Source: Ignavibacteriota bacterium
Lineage (GTDB): Bacteria > Bacteroidota > Ignavibacteria > Ignavibacteriales > Melioribacteraceae
Length of the DNA: 64,000 bases
Reading direction: 5' to 3'
NCBI GenBank assembly: GCA_013112585.1
Contig: JABFGH010000016.1
Location: forward strand, 5,330-69,329
Position 1 is the stretch's first letter, and every line of letters begins with the position of its first letter. This document shows, in pieces, positions 55,947-64,000 of the stretch. Under the pieces are notes generated by a model. It was not told the DNA's origin. It saw only the letters and a list, made by a program, of their open reading frames with translations, and searched no databases. Both the position numbers and the translations under genes were made by a program.

Positions 55947-57035
55947 TTATTTGAGGAGTGTCATTTTTTTAGTTTGAGTAAAATTATTTCCGGTTAAACT
56001 GTAAATATATATTCCTGAGGTTAGGCTTGATGCATCAAAATAAAAATTATAATTTCCCGCTGAAACTTGATCATTCAAAAGTGTAGCAACTTCCTGCCCC
56101 AAAATATTATAAACTTTTAAAGTGTAATTGCCGCTTTCAGGTATGCTAACTAAAATCTGCGTAGTTGGATTAAACGGATTGGGAAAGTTTTGCTCCAAAC
56201 TAAACTCACTTGGATCACCTATTTTAAGATCGCTGCGCTGAGCTCCGGCACCATGAACATCCTGCCAGTTTCCAATATAATCCATTGCTCTTCCGAAGCT
56301 TACATATGATGCAAAGCCGCCCGAAACTATTGACCATTTGGCATGTGTTGTTCCCGACCAATAGCTTGGGTAATCAGCTTCACCTGCTTCGTTTGTAATC
56401 TGAGTAGAATTAAAAAGCGGGTCGATAGCTGCTGAGTTTGTAGTCCCCGGAGAGCATGTATAATCAACAATGCTTTGAAGCTCTTTGACATTGGGCAATC
56501 GCCAATCCGAATATCCCGCGAAATCTAAATTTTCTGCAAAGCTAAGTGCATCTTCCCAATTCATGCCCGACTGGCTATCGTTCTGCATCCACATCAATCC
56601 GGTTGCGTTGTCGGAAATTGTTCCATCGCCGTTATTAGAAAAATTATTTATTCCGTATGTTGCGTTTCCACGAACGTAAAAAACAAAAAATGTTTTTTCA
56701 CCCGGTCCGAAAGGCATTTGTAAGCCGTAACCTTTTATACGCCCGTCTGCAAAATTTACACCGAATAGTAGTTGTCCATCAACATACATTGATGAAGTTG
56801 CAAATTGAGCATCAATAATACGCTCGCCGGCATCTGTATCGCCATATGCAAAATCAAAGTAATCTGTATTTATGAAAGGGACCAAACCTTCAGTTGCGGT
56901 ACCTTCGTATCCGCTTGGATCGATACCGCTGAAAATAATAAGTGAATACAATTCTTTAATAGTTGGCAAGCGCCAATCGTCGTGCCCGGCAAGGTTAAAA
57001 GCGGCGGCACCTGCAACAGCTTCACTAAATGTCAT
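55947..57035 (-). CDS. DUF1566 (Lcl C-terminal-like) repeat protein with T9SS C-terminal sorting domain; no signal peptide, apparently 5'-truncated
   Basis: Two AG(H/Y)(D/S)DWRLP..KEL repeats. C-terminus LEQNFPNPFNPTTQILVSIPE....LKVYNILGQEV. The in-frame sequence upstream of the ATG (LNWRDQ) looks like the missing part of the first repeat. Confidence 0.65.
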   Translation of the reverse strand: MTFSEAVAGAAAFNLAGHDDWRLPTIKELYSLIIFSGIDPSGYEGTATEGLVPFINTDYFDFAYGDTDAGERIIDAQFATSSMYVDGQLLFGVNFADGRIKGYGLQMPFGPGEKTFFVFYVRGNATYGINNFSNNGDGTISDNATGLMWMQNDSQSGMNWEDALSFAENLDFAGYSDWRLPNVKELQSIVDYTCSPGTTNSAAIDPLFNSTQITNEAGEADYPSYWSGTTHAKWSIVSGGFASYVSFGRAMDYIGNWQDVHGAGAQRSDLKIGDPSEFSLEQNFPNPFNPTTQILVSIPESGNYTLKVYNILGQEVATLLNDQVSAGNYNFYFDASSLTSGIYIYSLTGNNFTQTKKMTLLK

Positions 57036-57066
57036 TTGATCTCTCCAGTTTAAAATTACAATTACA

Positions 57067-57456
57067 TTATTTTCTTATTCTATTCTGATTCGGCTGTTTG
57101 TTCTGACTCTTGCTGTATTTTTCAAATTTAAATTTCTGTTCTTCATTTAGTTTATTTCTAACATTCTTTTCAAATTCATTTTTTAGTTTATCCATTTGTT
57201 CCCTGCTCGGTCTTTGACCATTAGTTAAACTTTTAACATCAGCAAAATGATCAATATATAATGCAAGGATTTCTATCTTTTGAACATCACTTAGTGATAA
57301 TTCATTTGAAAGGTCATCAACCATTTTATTAATTTGTGTTTCGTTAGGTATTGGGGGCGGACCTTGTCTTTGTTGAGCTGCAATGTTACTGGTTAGAAAA
57401 AGCATCGCTGTGATTAATAAAACTATACTTAGGCTGATTCTTTTTATTGTGTTTAT
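57067..57456 (-). CDS. Spy/CpxP-like periplasmic protein (LTxxQ-type helices)
   Basis: LSDVQKIEIL..Y and LNEEQKFKFEKY motifs. The ORF track starts at ATG 57405, inside what reads as a signal peptide (KRISLSIVLLITAMLFLTSNIAAQ). GGAG lies 7 nt before an in-frame ATA at 57456. Confidence 0.55.
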   Translation of the reverse strand: MNTIKRISLSIVLLITAMLFLTSNIAAQQRQGPPPIPNETQINKMVDDLSNELSLSDVQKIEILALYIDHFADVKSLTNGQRPSREQMDKLKNEFEKNVRNKLNEEQKFKFEKYSKSQNKQPNQNRIRK

Positions 57457-57499
57457 TTTATTTCTCCGTTTTTAATTATTTACGTTTTCTAATATTTAA

Positions 57500-57525
57500 G
57501 ACGATAGATTTGCAAATAACTTGCG
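57500..57525 (-). promoter_or_regulatory. ECF-type promoter motif copy 4
   Basis: Minus strand CCGCAAG-TTATTTGCAAATCTAT-CGTC, 16-nt spacer. Confidence 0.5.
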
Positions 57526-57743
57526 GTGATGTTTCAGATTTTTTTTAGTTCAGCAAGTGCGGAGAATTTCAGGCGTGTGACGATGAGGAAACATTATAAT
57601 AGCCGGGTCGCCCGGCTTTTTGTTTTTTCAACTTAGCAGAAGTAATGGTAATCTTAAAATTTGCTGCTGAATTTATTTGAAGTACATATTGTGTCAGTAG
57701 TAATAAAAATACAAAACACTATGCGCGTAATATTCTTGTTGAA

Positions 57744-58964
57744 TTATTCATGTCTTAAAGCTTCGATAGGGTCTAACGCTGAAGCCTTTCTAGCCGGGTA
57801 CCAGCCAAAAAACACACCGATAAATGAACAGAACAAAAATGAAATAAGTATTGCATCGGAAGTAATTAATACGGGCCATCCCATAATATTTTCAACTGTA
57901 TTCGAAGTTATTATTCCCAAAACAACCCCAACAATTCCACCAATAACACTTAGTAAAACGGCTTCAAGAAGAAACTGCAGCAAAATATCTTTTCCTTTTC
58001 CGCCAATGGCTAAACGAAGACCAATCTCTCTAGTCCTTTCCGTAACGGATACATACATTATATTCATAATCCCTATGCCCCCAACAATTAATGAAATTGC
58101 TGCGATGGACCCCAGCAGCACAAGCATCATTTCAGAGATTGATCCAAATGTACTAATTAATTCATCTTGTGTTCTAATTTCAAAATCATTCTCCTCAGTA
58201 TCTTTTAATTTATGCGCAAGTCTCATTCCTGCTTCAATTTGAGTGCTGGTTTGACTTATTTGATCTTCTGAATAAGCAGAGATAACAATGGAGCGAAGAT
58301 AAATTTGTCGCGTAATTCTTTTCATAACGGTGGTGTAGGGTGCTAAGATTATATCATCCTGATCCTGCCCAAATGTATTATCGCCTTTCTCTTCAAGAAT
58401 ACCGATTACCTTAAACGGAATTTTATCGAATCGGATACTTTGCCCAATTGGATCAACATCATCTCCAAATAAATTATCTACAACAGTTTGGCCAAGCAGG
58501 CAAACTTTTGCAGAACTCTTAATTTCTTGTGAATTAAAAATTCTACCGCTAGCAACTTCATATTTTTTAATGTAAGTGTATTCTTCATTGCCGCCATACA
58601 TTTGTGTCGGCCAATTGCTTGAACCGAAGATAACCTGACCTGAACTTTGAACCTCTGGAGATATTGCTTTAACTAAATCACTATTATTTCGTAAGTATTC
58701 TATATCAGAGACTACTAATGTCTGAGACATTGATCTTCCTTGTTGAACACCACCTCTATTTCTACTTGCCGGCATAACATTAATTAGATTTGTTCCCATG
58801 GAAGATATTTGTTCTTGAATACTTGCATTTGATCCTTCGCCAATCGCCAGCATGGCAATAACTGAGGCAACGCCAATAATTATTCCCAGCATGGTTAAAA
58901 AAGAGCGGGTCTTGTTTCTTCTAATTGCTGCAATTGCGACTTTTATTAAATTTTGTATTTTCAT
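57744..58964 (-). CDS. ABC transporter permease, MacB/FtsX family
   Basis: 406 aa. N-terminal TM, large periplasmic MacB_PCD-like domain and C-terminal FtsX 3-TM bundle. Confidence 0.85.
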   Translation of the reverse strand: MKIQNLIKVAIAAIRRNKTRSFLTMLGIIIGVASVIAMLAIGEGSNASIQEQISSMGTNLINVMPASRNRGGVQQGRSMSQTLVVSDIEYLRNNSDLVKAISPEVQSSGQVIFGSSNWPTQMYGGNEEYTYIKKYEVASGRIFNSQEIKSSAKVCLLGQTVVDNLFGDDVDPIGQSIRFDKIPFKVIGILEEKGDNTFGQDQDDIILAPYTTVMKRITRQIYLRSIVISAYSEDQISQTSTQIEAGMRLAHKLKDTEENDFEIRTQDELISTFGSISEMMLVLLGSIAAISLIVGGIGIMNIMYVSVTERTREIGLRLAIGGKGKDILLQFLLEAVLLSVIGGIVGVVLGIITSNTVENIMGWPVLITSDAILISFLFCSFIGVFFGWYPARKASALDPIEALRHE

Positions 58965-58981
58965 TTTATTATCACTTTGTA

Positions 58982-59767
58982 TTAAATATAGGCTAAATTC
59001 AAATTTTCCTGTTCTTCTAGAAACGCCTCTTCGTCTTTTAATTCTTTAAGAGCAATTTGAGCGCTTAAACGATTCTCAACAGTAAAATCTTTAATTAATC
59101 TTCCATCACGAAAAACAATATTTCTTTTTGTAAATGTTGCTATATCCGGTTCATGAGTTACAAATCCGATAGTTATTCCCTTTTCATTCAACTCTTGAAA
59201 TAAACTCATGATCTCGTAAGAAGTTTTGGTATCAAGATTCCCTGTTGCCTCGTCAGCTAAAATTATAACCGGGTCATTTACTAATGAGCGGGCTATTGCT
59301 ACGCGCTGCTGTTGCCCACCAGACATTTGATTTGATAAGTGTTTCATCCTGTCAACTAAACCGACTGCCTCTAACGCATGTTCAGCTTTTTCTCTACGTA
59401 GTCTGTTGCTAATACTAGAATTATAAAGCAAAGGTAATTCTACATTTTCAAGTGCTGTTGTTCGTGGTAATAGATTATAGGACTGAAAAACAAAACCAAT
59501 TTTTGTGTTACGAATACTGGCAAGTTGATTTTTTGTCATAGCATTAACATTCTTTCCATCAAGCCAATAGTCACCACTGGTTGGTTTATCTAAACAACCC
59601 AGAATGTTTAGCAATGTTGATTTACCGGAACCGCTTGCACCCATAATTGCAATAAATTCTCCAGCTTCAACCGAAAGGTTAAGTTCACGCAAAGCTTTTA
59701 CTATTTCAGCACCAACAAAATAATTTTTATTAAGATTATTTAGATCAATAATTTTCTTTAATTTCAT
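58982..59767 (-). CDS. ABC transporter ATP-binding protein (MacB/LolD-like)
   Basis: Walker [10 protein letters not shown], signature LSGGQQQR, Walker B ILADE. ATG at 59767 (MKLKKII) abuts the upstream stop, so the 59830 start is rejected. Confidence 0.88.
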   Translation of the reverse strand: MKLKKIIDLNNLNKNYFVGAEIVKALRELNLSVEAGEFIAIMGASGSGKSTLLNILGCLDKPTSGDYWLDGKNVNAMTKNQLASIRNTKIGFVFQSYNLLPRTTALENVELPLLYNSSISNRLRREKAEHALEAVGLVDRMKHLSNQMSGGQQQRVAIARSLVNDPVIILADEATGNLDTKTSYEIMSLFQELNEKGITIGFVTHEPDIATFTKRNIVFRDGRLIKDFTVENRLSAQIALKELKDEEAFLEEQENLNLAYI

Positions 59768-59768
59768 T

Positions 59769-61037
59769 TTATCTTCCCCTACCGCCACCCGGTCTTTCTT
59801 GAACAAATGGACTTTTTTGAGTTTCTTCACTTTCTTCGTTTTTAGCTAATGAGCTATTGCCTATTTCCATTGAAGTAACAATTTCATCACCCGCCTCAAG
59901 TCCGGAAAGAATTTCTAAATTTATTCCATCTGACATTCCGGTTTCAACCATTACCGGTTTAATGATGTCACCATTTTTAATCCATACCCTTTTAATATTT
60001 TCAGATAATTCTTTTCTATTACTTTCACCAGATACATCTTCTTTATTTTCAGGTCTCTGTCCCGCTCTCGGTTGCGGTCTTTCGTTCTCAGGAAGTGAAC
60101 TGAAATAATCCATCATTGTTTCTCGGGCGGGCGAAAAACGTATTGCTTTTCCTGCTAACACAAGAACATCATTTACTTCTTGAACATAATCGGTTATGCT
60201 TGCTGTCATACCCGGTTTAAGTTTTAAATCGGGATTAGCAACAGTGACGATTACAGTGTAGGTTATAACATTAGATGCCTCTTTTGGCTGCAATCTAACC
60301 TGAGTGATCTTGCCGGAAAATGTTTCATCAGGAAATGCATCAACTGAAAACTCTACTCTTTGTCCTTCTGTTACCATTCCAATATCTGCTTCATCAACAT
60401 CAGCTTCAACTTGCATTTCGGTAAGATCATTAGCAATTGTAAATAGCTCCGGTGTGCTCATGCTCGCTGTAACCGTTTGTCCTTCCTCTACGGCTCTATT
60501 CATAACAATGCCGTCAATCGGAGCATATATATTTGTGTATCCCAAGTTTTGCTTAGCTCTGTTTAAATTTGCTTTTGCTGATTTAAGTGTTGCTTCACTT
60601 CTTTTGTAATTATATTTACTTAAATCAAAGTCACTTTCGGAGATCATTTGTTTTTCGAAGAGCTTTTTGTTTCTTTCAAAGTTTGATTTTTGATATTCCA
60701 GTTCGGCTTCTGCATTTGATAAATCGGCTTCGGCATTTTCTAAATTTGATTGTAAGGTTGATTTATCAAGCTCTGCAATTAACTGACCTTTCTTAACCTT
60801 CGAGTTAAAGTCAACATATAGTTTTTCAATAACTCCCGAAACTTGAGTTCCGACGACTACCGTGTTGGTTGCTTCCAACGTACCAGTTGCTGTAACAACA
60901 TTGCTGATTGAACCTTTTTCAATAGTCACTGTTTCAAAAATATATTCTGTTTTGCTATTTGCATTAAGTACAAAAACTGCACTTGTAATAATTAAAATTG
61001 TTACTGCAACAATTATTATTGTTTTTCGATTTTTCAT
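59769..61037 (-). CDS. efflux transporter periplasmic adaptor (HlyD/MacA family)
   Basis: 422 aa. TM anchor, lipoyl/barrel-sandwich motifs (V.EG..VKKGQLIAELD), long coiled coil and beta-barrel domain. Confidence 0.85.
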   Translation of the reverse strand: MKNRKTIIIVAVTILIITSAVFVLNANSKTEYIFETVTIEKGSISNVVTATGTLEATNTVVVGTQVSGVIEKLYVDFNSKVKKGQLIAELDKSTLQSNLENAEADLSNAEAELEYQKSNFERNKKLFEKQMISESDFDLSKYNYKRSEATLKSAKANLNRAKQNLGYTNIYAPIDGIVMNRAVEEGQTVTASMSTPELFTIANDLTEMQVEADVDEADIGMVTEGQRVEFSVDAFPDETFSGKITQVRLQPKEASNVITYTVIVTVANPDLKLKPGMTASITDYVQEVNDVLVLAGKAIRFSPARETMMDYFSSLPENERPQPRAGQRPENKEDVSGESNRKELSENIKRVWIKNGDIIKPVMVETGMSDGINLEILSGLEAGDEIVTSMEIGNSSLAKNEESEETQKSPFVQERPGGGRGR

Positions 61038-61317
61038 TTTACTTATGATCCATAATTGTTTCTAAACATTTTATTTGACAAAATTTATATTCATATGGTT
61101 TAAAATTTCTTGTTTTCTAAGCCGTATTGATCTAATTGAACCCATGGAACAATAAATTGAATCTCGGAATAATAATTTTTATTAAAAGTTGAAATTCTAC
61201 TTTTGGAGTATTTCTCATCTTGACTCTTTTTCGCCTTGTCATTTCTTTCTATGTTTTTCATGTCAGTGCTCCAAAAAATTAATTATACATGTAGAACTTT
61301 TGCTCTTTGGTTATTTA

Positions 61318-61343
61318 GACGTTAAAATTGAAATTATCTTGTG
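61318..61343 (-). promoter_or_regulatory. ECF-type promoter motif copy 3 (upstream of efflux operon)
   Basis: Minus strand GCACAAG-ATAATTTCAATTTTAA-CGTC. Confidence 0.5.
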
Positions 61344-61355
61344 CGGTATAAAAAA

Positions 61356-61403
61356 ATATATTTTAAAAAGAAAAAGCCCCTCGTCAATTATGATAAAGGG
61401 CTT
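61356..61403 (-). terminator. intrinsic terminator after 61435-61992
   Basis: Minus strand AAGCCC-tttatcataattgacga-GGGGCTTTTTCTTTTT. Confidence 0.55.
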
Positions 61404-61434
61404 AATAAAAAATAAAATTTTTACTTTGGTATGA

Positions 61435-61992
61435 TCATTCACCTTTTGAAGGATGCTCACCAGGCGGAGGCGGCATGGTATCATCGAACTCTCTCCGTGG
61501 GCCATCAGGCGGTGGACCCCCTTTATGCTTCGGACCTAATAATCGATGCATCAGTTTAAATAGTTTTTCCTGCTGTTCTGGCGTACATATTTGTTTTACC
61601 TTTTGAAAATGTTGAAATGTAATTATCTCAAGCTGCTTTTGTTTTTCGAGTGTTAGGCTAAGTAATGAGTCGGAGATATTCATATTATTATTATACATGG
61701 CTTCATTGAACATTTCTTTCTTTAGTTGTACTAATTCATCTTCCAGCGAAATTGTTTTTTCCCGATGATTTTTTCTTAACTCTAAAAACTGCTCGGCTTG
61801 TTCATCAGAAAAATCCAACTCTTTCTTCAACATTTGCTTAATTCTAACTTCTTGATTTCCCTTCTTTGAGGATTCACGTAAATCTTCATGCTTCGGTTTA
61901 CCCAACCAGAGCAAGGTTATTGTTGCTAAATTGAGAATAACTAAAATTACAATTGTTATTTTCAAATTTTTATTTCGTTTGAAAATGTCCAT
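61435..61992 (-). CDS. periplasmic Spy/CpxP-like (heavy-metal-sensor-like) protein with TM anchor
   Basis: 185 aa. LDFSDEQAEQF..LR..H and CTPEQQEKL helices. Pro/Gly-rich C-terminal tail. Confidence 0.6.
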   Translation of the reverse strand: MDIFKRNKNLKITIVILVILNLATITLLWLGKPKHEDLRESSKKGNQEVRIKQMLKKELDFSDEQAEQFLELRKNHREKTISLEDELVQLKKEMFNEAMYNNNMNISDSLLSLTLEKQKQLEIITFQHFQKVKQICTPEQQEKLFKLMHRLLGPKHKGGPPPDGPRREFDDTMPPPPGEHPSKGE

Positions 61993-62000
61993 TTTATTAC

Positions 62001-62327
62001 CTATTCAAATATTAAATTTTCTGTTTGTTCACTTTCTAAATTAAAATCACTCTTCAATATATCAACCAATTCTTGATCTGTATCTGTGCTAACAATTGAA
62101 CTGTCAGAACTTGTGTACCAAATAGCAGTTGTTAAATTAATTGCTATTAAGGCAGTAAAGAAAGCCGGTTTTAATACACTAAAAATTGAAAATTCCTTTT
62201 TAGTTTTTTCATTCAGTCTTTGCTGAATGCGGGTATAAATATAAGGATTGGGCGGTAATGACTCCTTCTTGTCAAACATACCCAAGGTCTTTTCAATTTC
62301 GTTCTGTATTTTTTCTTGATCGTTCAT
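62001..62327 (-). CDS. putative anti-sigma factor (single-TM)
   Basis: About 108 aa. It follows the ECF sigma gene. Cytoplasmic N-terminus plus one TM (PAFFTALIAINLTTAIWY). ATG at 62327 lies 5 nt after GGGAG. Confidence 0.5.
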   Translation of the reverse strand: MNDQEKIQNEIEKTLGMFDKKESLPPNPYIYTRIQQRLNEKTKKEFSIFSVLKPAFFTALIAINLTTAIWYTSSDSSIVSTDTDQELVDILKSDFNLESEQTENLIFE

Positions 62328-62346
62328 ATTAACTCCCAATAATTGA

Positions 62347-62372
62347 GACGTTCTTTTATTAAAAAACTTGTG
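62347..62372 (-). promoter_or_regulatory. ECF-type promoter motif copy 2
   Basis: Minus strand GCACAAG-TTTTTTAATAAAAGAA-CGTC. It lies in the 36-bp gap between the sigma gene stop (62376) and the anti-sigma gene, 20 nt upstream of the anti-sigma ATG. Confidence 0.5.
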
Positions 62373-62375
62373 CTT

Positions 62376-62948
62376 TTATAAATGTTTTTCAAAATAATCT
62401 TTTAATTGTTTTTGTAAATTCTTCTTAGCTCTAAACATTAATGCTTCAACTGCAGAAAGGGACATATTCATAATTTCTGTTATTTCCTTGTTACTAAACC
62501 CCTCATATCTGCTTAAAATTATTGCAGTTTTCTGATTTTCCGGTAATTTTGCTATTGCCCAATCTAAAATCTCCTTTCTTTCTTTATCTTCTAATTCTTG
62601 TTCCGGCGTTCCATAACTTGGAATTTCAATAATTTCTTCACCTTCTTCTGTGGAACGGAACAAACTTGTTAATTGACCAAAACGTTTTTTCCTTTTCTTG
62701 CTTCTTAAAAAGTCTAACGATTTATTAACAGCAATTCTATAAACCCAAGTAGAAATTTGAGATTCCTCACGAAAATGGGACATGGATTCATACACTTGGA
62801 TGAAAACCTCCTGGGCAATATCATCGGCATCTTCAACATTATTAACATATCGAAAACAGGTGTTTCTTACCTTTTCCTGAAGGTTTTCTACTATGCTTTT
62901 AAAATCTGTGGTATTATAAGTTTGCTCGGCCAAAAACATTTTTTCCAA
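62376..62948 (-). CDS. RNA polymerase ECF-type sigma-70 factor
   Basis: Region 2 (DADDIAQEVFI.V......F........TW.YRIA.N...D) and region 4 (LPE.QK.A..L....G.S..EI.EIM..S..AV....FRAKK.L). Confidence 0.88.
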   Translation of the reverse strand: MEKMFLAEQTYNTTDFKSIVENLQEKVRNTCFRYVNNVEDADDIAQEVFIQVYESMSHFREESQISTWVYRIAVNKSLDFLRSKKRKKRFGQLTSLFRSTEEGEEIIEIPSYGTPEQELEDKERKEILDWAIAKLPENQKTAIILSRYEGFSNKEITEIMNMSLSAVEALMFRAKKNLQKQLKDYFEKHL

Positions 62949-62973
62949 CTATTCAATTGCAATTTACTATTAT

Positions 62974-62999
62974 GACGATACAATTGGAAAAAACTTGTG
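62974..62999 (-). promoter_or_regulatory. ECF-type promoter motif copy 1 (autoregulatory position)
   Basis: Minus strand GCACAAG-TTTTTTCCAATTGTAT-CGTC, about 25 nt upstream of the sigma start codon. Confidence 0.5.
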
Positions 63000-63100
63000 C
63001 TTATAAATAAATTCTTTTTCCTAAAAGATAACTGAATCCTTTTGGTCCCTTATGCTTCTTATTTTAAACTAATATTTTTAATAATGTAAATCGAACAAAA

Positions 63101-64000
63101 ATGAACAAATCTTTAATTATTACAATCTTCTTAGTAATACTGGTTTTGGTAATGATCAATGTTTTTCATACGGGCGAACCTGAAAATCTAAACCTTCTTA
63201 AACTCAAACAAGAATACGTTCAACCGGATGTGGTATCCGTTGACCACAGTACATTTCCCGAATTGCAAAAAACATTTAACTCCCCACAAGATGTAACCGA
63301 AACTTGCATTTCGTGCCATACGGAAAGGCATACCGAAATAATGGAATCTGCACATTGGAATTGGGAGCGTGTTGCTTATGTAGAAGGACGCGGAATAACT
63401 AAGCTGGGTAAAAAAAATGTGCTGAATAATTTTTGTATCGGTGCCTCCGGTAATGAACAGTCATGCGCTAAATGCCATATTGGTTTTGGAATGAATAACG
63501 ATCAGTTCGATTTTGAAAATGCTCGAAATGTTGATTGCATGGTTTGTCATGATAACAGTGAAGAATATATGAAAGGCTCTGCCACAGCAGGCTACCCTGA
63601 TAGAAATGTTAATCTTACAAAAGTTGCTCAGAGTGTCGGCTCGCCCCAAAAAGAGAACTGCGGCTTCTGCCATTTTAACAGCGGCGGCGGCAACAATGTT
63701 AAGCATGGCGATCTTGAGCAGGCTTTGCTTGCCGCGGATAGAGAAGTTGATATTCACATGGGCGCAAACGGAATGGATATGTCATGCGTTGATTGCCACA
63801 CGGCAGAAAACCACCAAATTAAAGGAAGACTTTATTCTGTTTCATCTGAAAACACAAACAGAGCTTTTTGCGAAGACTGCCACGGAAACCTTCCCCACTT
63901 TGATAATATTTTAAATAGACATACAAGCAAAGTTGCCTGCCAAACATGTCACATTCCTGAATACGCAAAAGTTAACGCAACTAAAATGGCTTGGTACTGG
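63101..64000 (+). CDS. multiheme c-type cytochrome, tetrathionate-reductase-family octaheme type (3' end outside the window)
   Basis: It is not in the ORF track because no stop is reached. ATG at 63101 with a signal anchor. Seven CxxCH motifs read in frame (CISCH, CAKCH, CMVCH, CGFCH, CVDCH, CEDCH, CQTCH), plus the GGGNNVKHGD segment characteristic of Otr-like octaheme proteins. Confidence 0.75.
   Translation, partial: MNKSLIITIFLVILVLVMINVFHTGEPENLNLLKLKQEYVQPDVVSVDHSTFPELQKTFNSPQDVTETCISCHTERHTEIMESAHWNWERVAYVEGRGITKLGKKNVLNNFCIGASGNEQSCAKCHIGFGMNNDQFDFENARNVDCMVCHDNSEEYMKGSATAGYPDRNVNLTKVAQSVGSPQKENCGFCHFNSGGGNNVKHGDLEQALLAADREVDIHMGANGMDMSCVDCHTAENHQIKGRLYSVSSENTNRAFCEDCHGNLPHFDNILNRHTSKVACQTCHIPEYAKVNATKMAWYW

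Noticed and set aside
57661-58242. Plus-strand ORF of 193 aa
   Set aside because: It is antisense to the MacB/FtsX permease gene, whose own translation carries the family topology.
59768-59830. Upstream start (59830) for the ABC ATPase
   Set aside because: It would overlap the adaptor gene by 62 nt. ATG at 59767 (MKLKKII..) abuts the adaptor stop and gives a normal N-terminus before Walker A.
61189-61505. ORFs 61189-61434 (+) and 61311-61505 (-)
   Set aside because: They lie across the promoter/terminator region between the Spy-like gene and the efflux operon. They have AT-rich codon usage, no ribosome-binding site and hydrophobic nonsense translation.
63461-63914. ORFs 63461-63757 (-) and 63606-63914 (+)
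   Set aside because: They overlap the multiheme cytochrome reading frame, which carries seven in-frame CxxCH motifs.

Overview
AT-rich bacterial chromosome segment. It probably comes from an Ignavibacteria/FCB-group organism. This is an inference from the many secreted proteins ending in the type IX secretion (T9SS) C-terminal sorting motif NYPNPFNP..T.I.F.I....V.L.IYN..G and from the propeller-type sensor kinases. No rRNA, tRNA or CRISPR array was seen.

Layout:
(a) 1-14.6 kb: phenylacetate-type beta-oxidation genes (paaH/I/J/Y...paaZ). They are split by a TerC gene and a four-gene cluster (PLP enzyme, DUF1611, a PP-loop/creatininase fusion, dipeptide epimerase). ispH follows.
(b) 15.2-24.7 kb: an integron-like array of nine co-oriented cassettes separated by attC-like imperfect inverted repeats. 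It carries two decayed, divergently oriented N-terminal fragments of a tyrosine recombinase (intI-like) and a duplicated attI-like segment.
(c) 25-45 kb: T9SS cargo proteins, two two-component systems with very large propeller sensor kinases, an orphan B12-binding radical SAM gene flanked by a 31-bp palindromic repeat, a YceI operon, NDH-2 and Hsp20.
(d) 46.5-55.9 kb: ten co-oriented small genes, mostly hypothetical (lipoproteins, GNAT, Phd/ParE toxin-antitoxin, SRPBCC). Several AAC...GTT hairpin sites lie between them, so this may be a second, integrase-less cassette array.
(e) 56-63 kb: an ECF sigma / anti-sigma / Spy-like module plus a MacAB-type efflux operon. All sit behind four copies of one promoter-like motif (GCACAAG-N16-CGTC).
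(f) The 5' part of an octaheme c-type cytochrome gene runs off the window.

The most interesting items are the decayed integron platform with its cassettes, the DUF1611/epimerase/PP-loop-creatininase cluster, the four-promoter ECF regulon, sigma-54-type promoters in front of both small heat-shock genes, and the palindromic repeat bracketing the radical SAM gene. All functional calls come from reading motifs in the translated ORFs. No database search was run.
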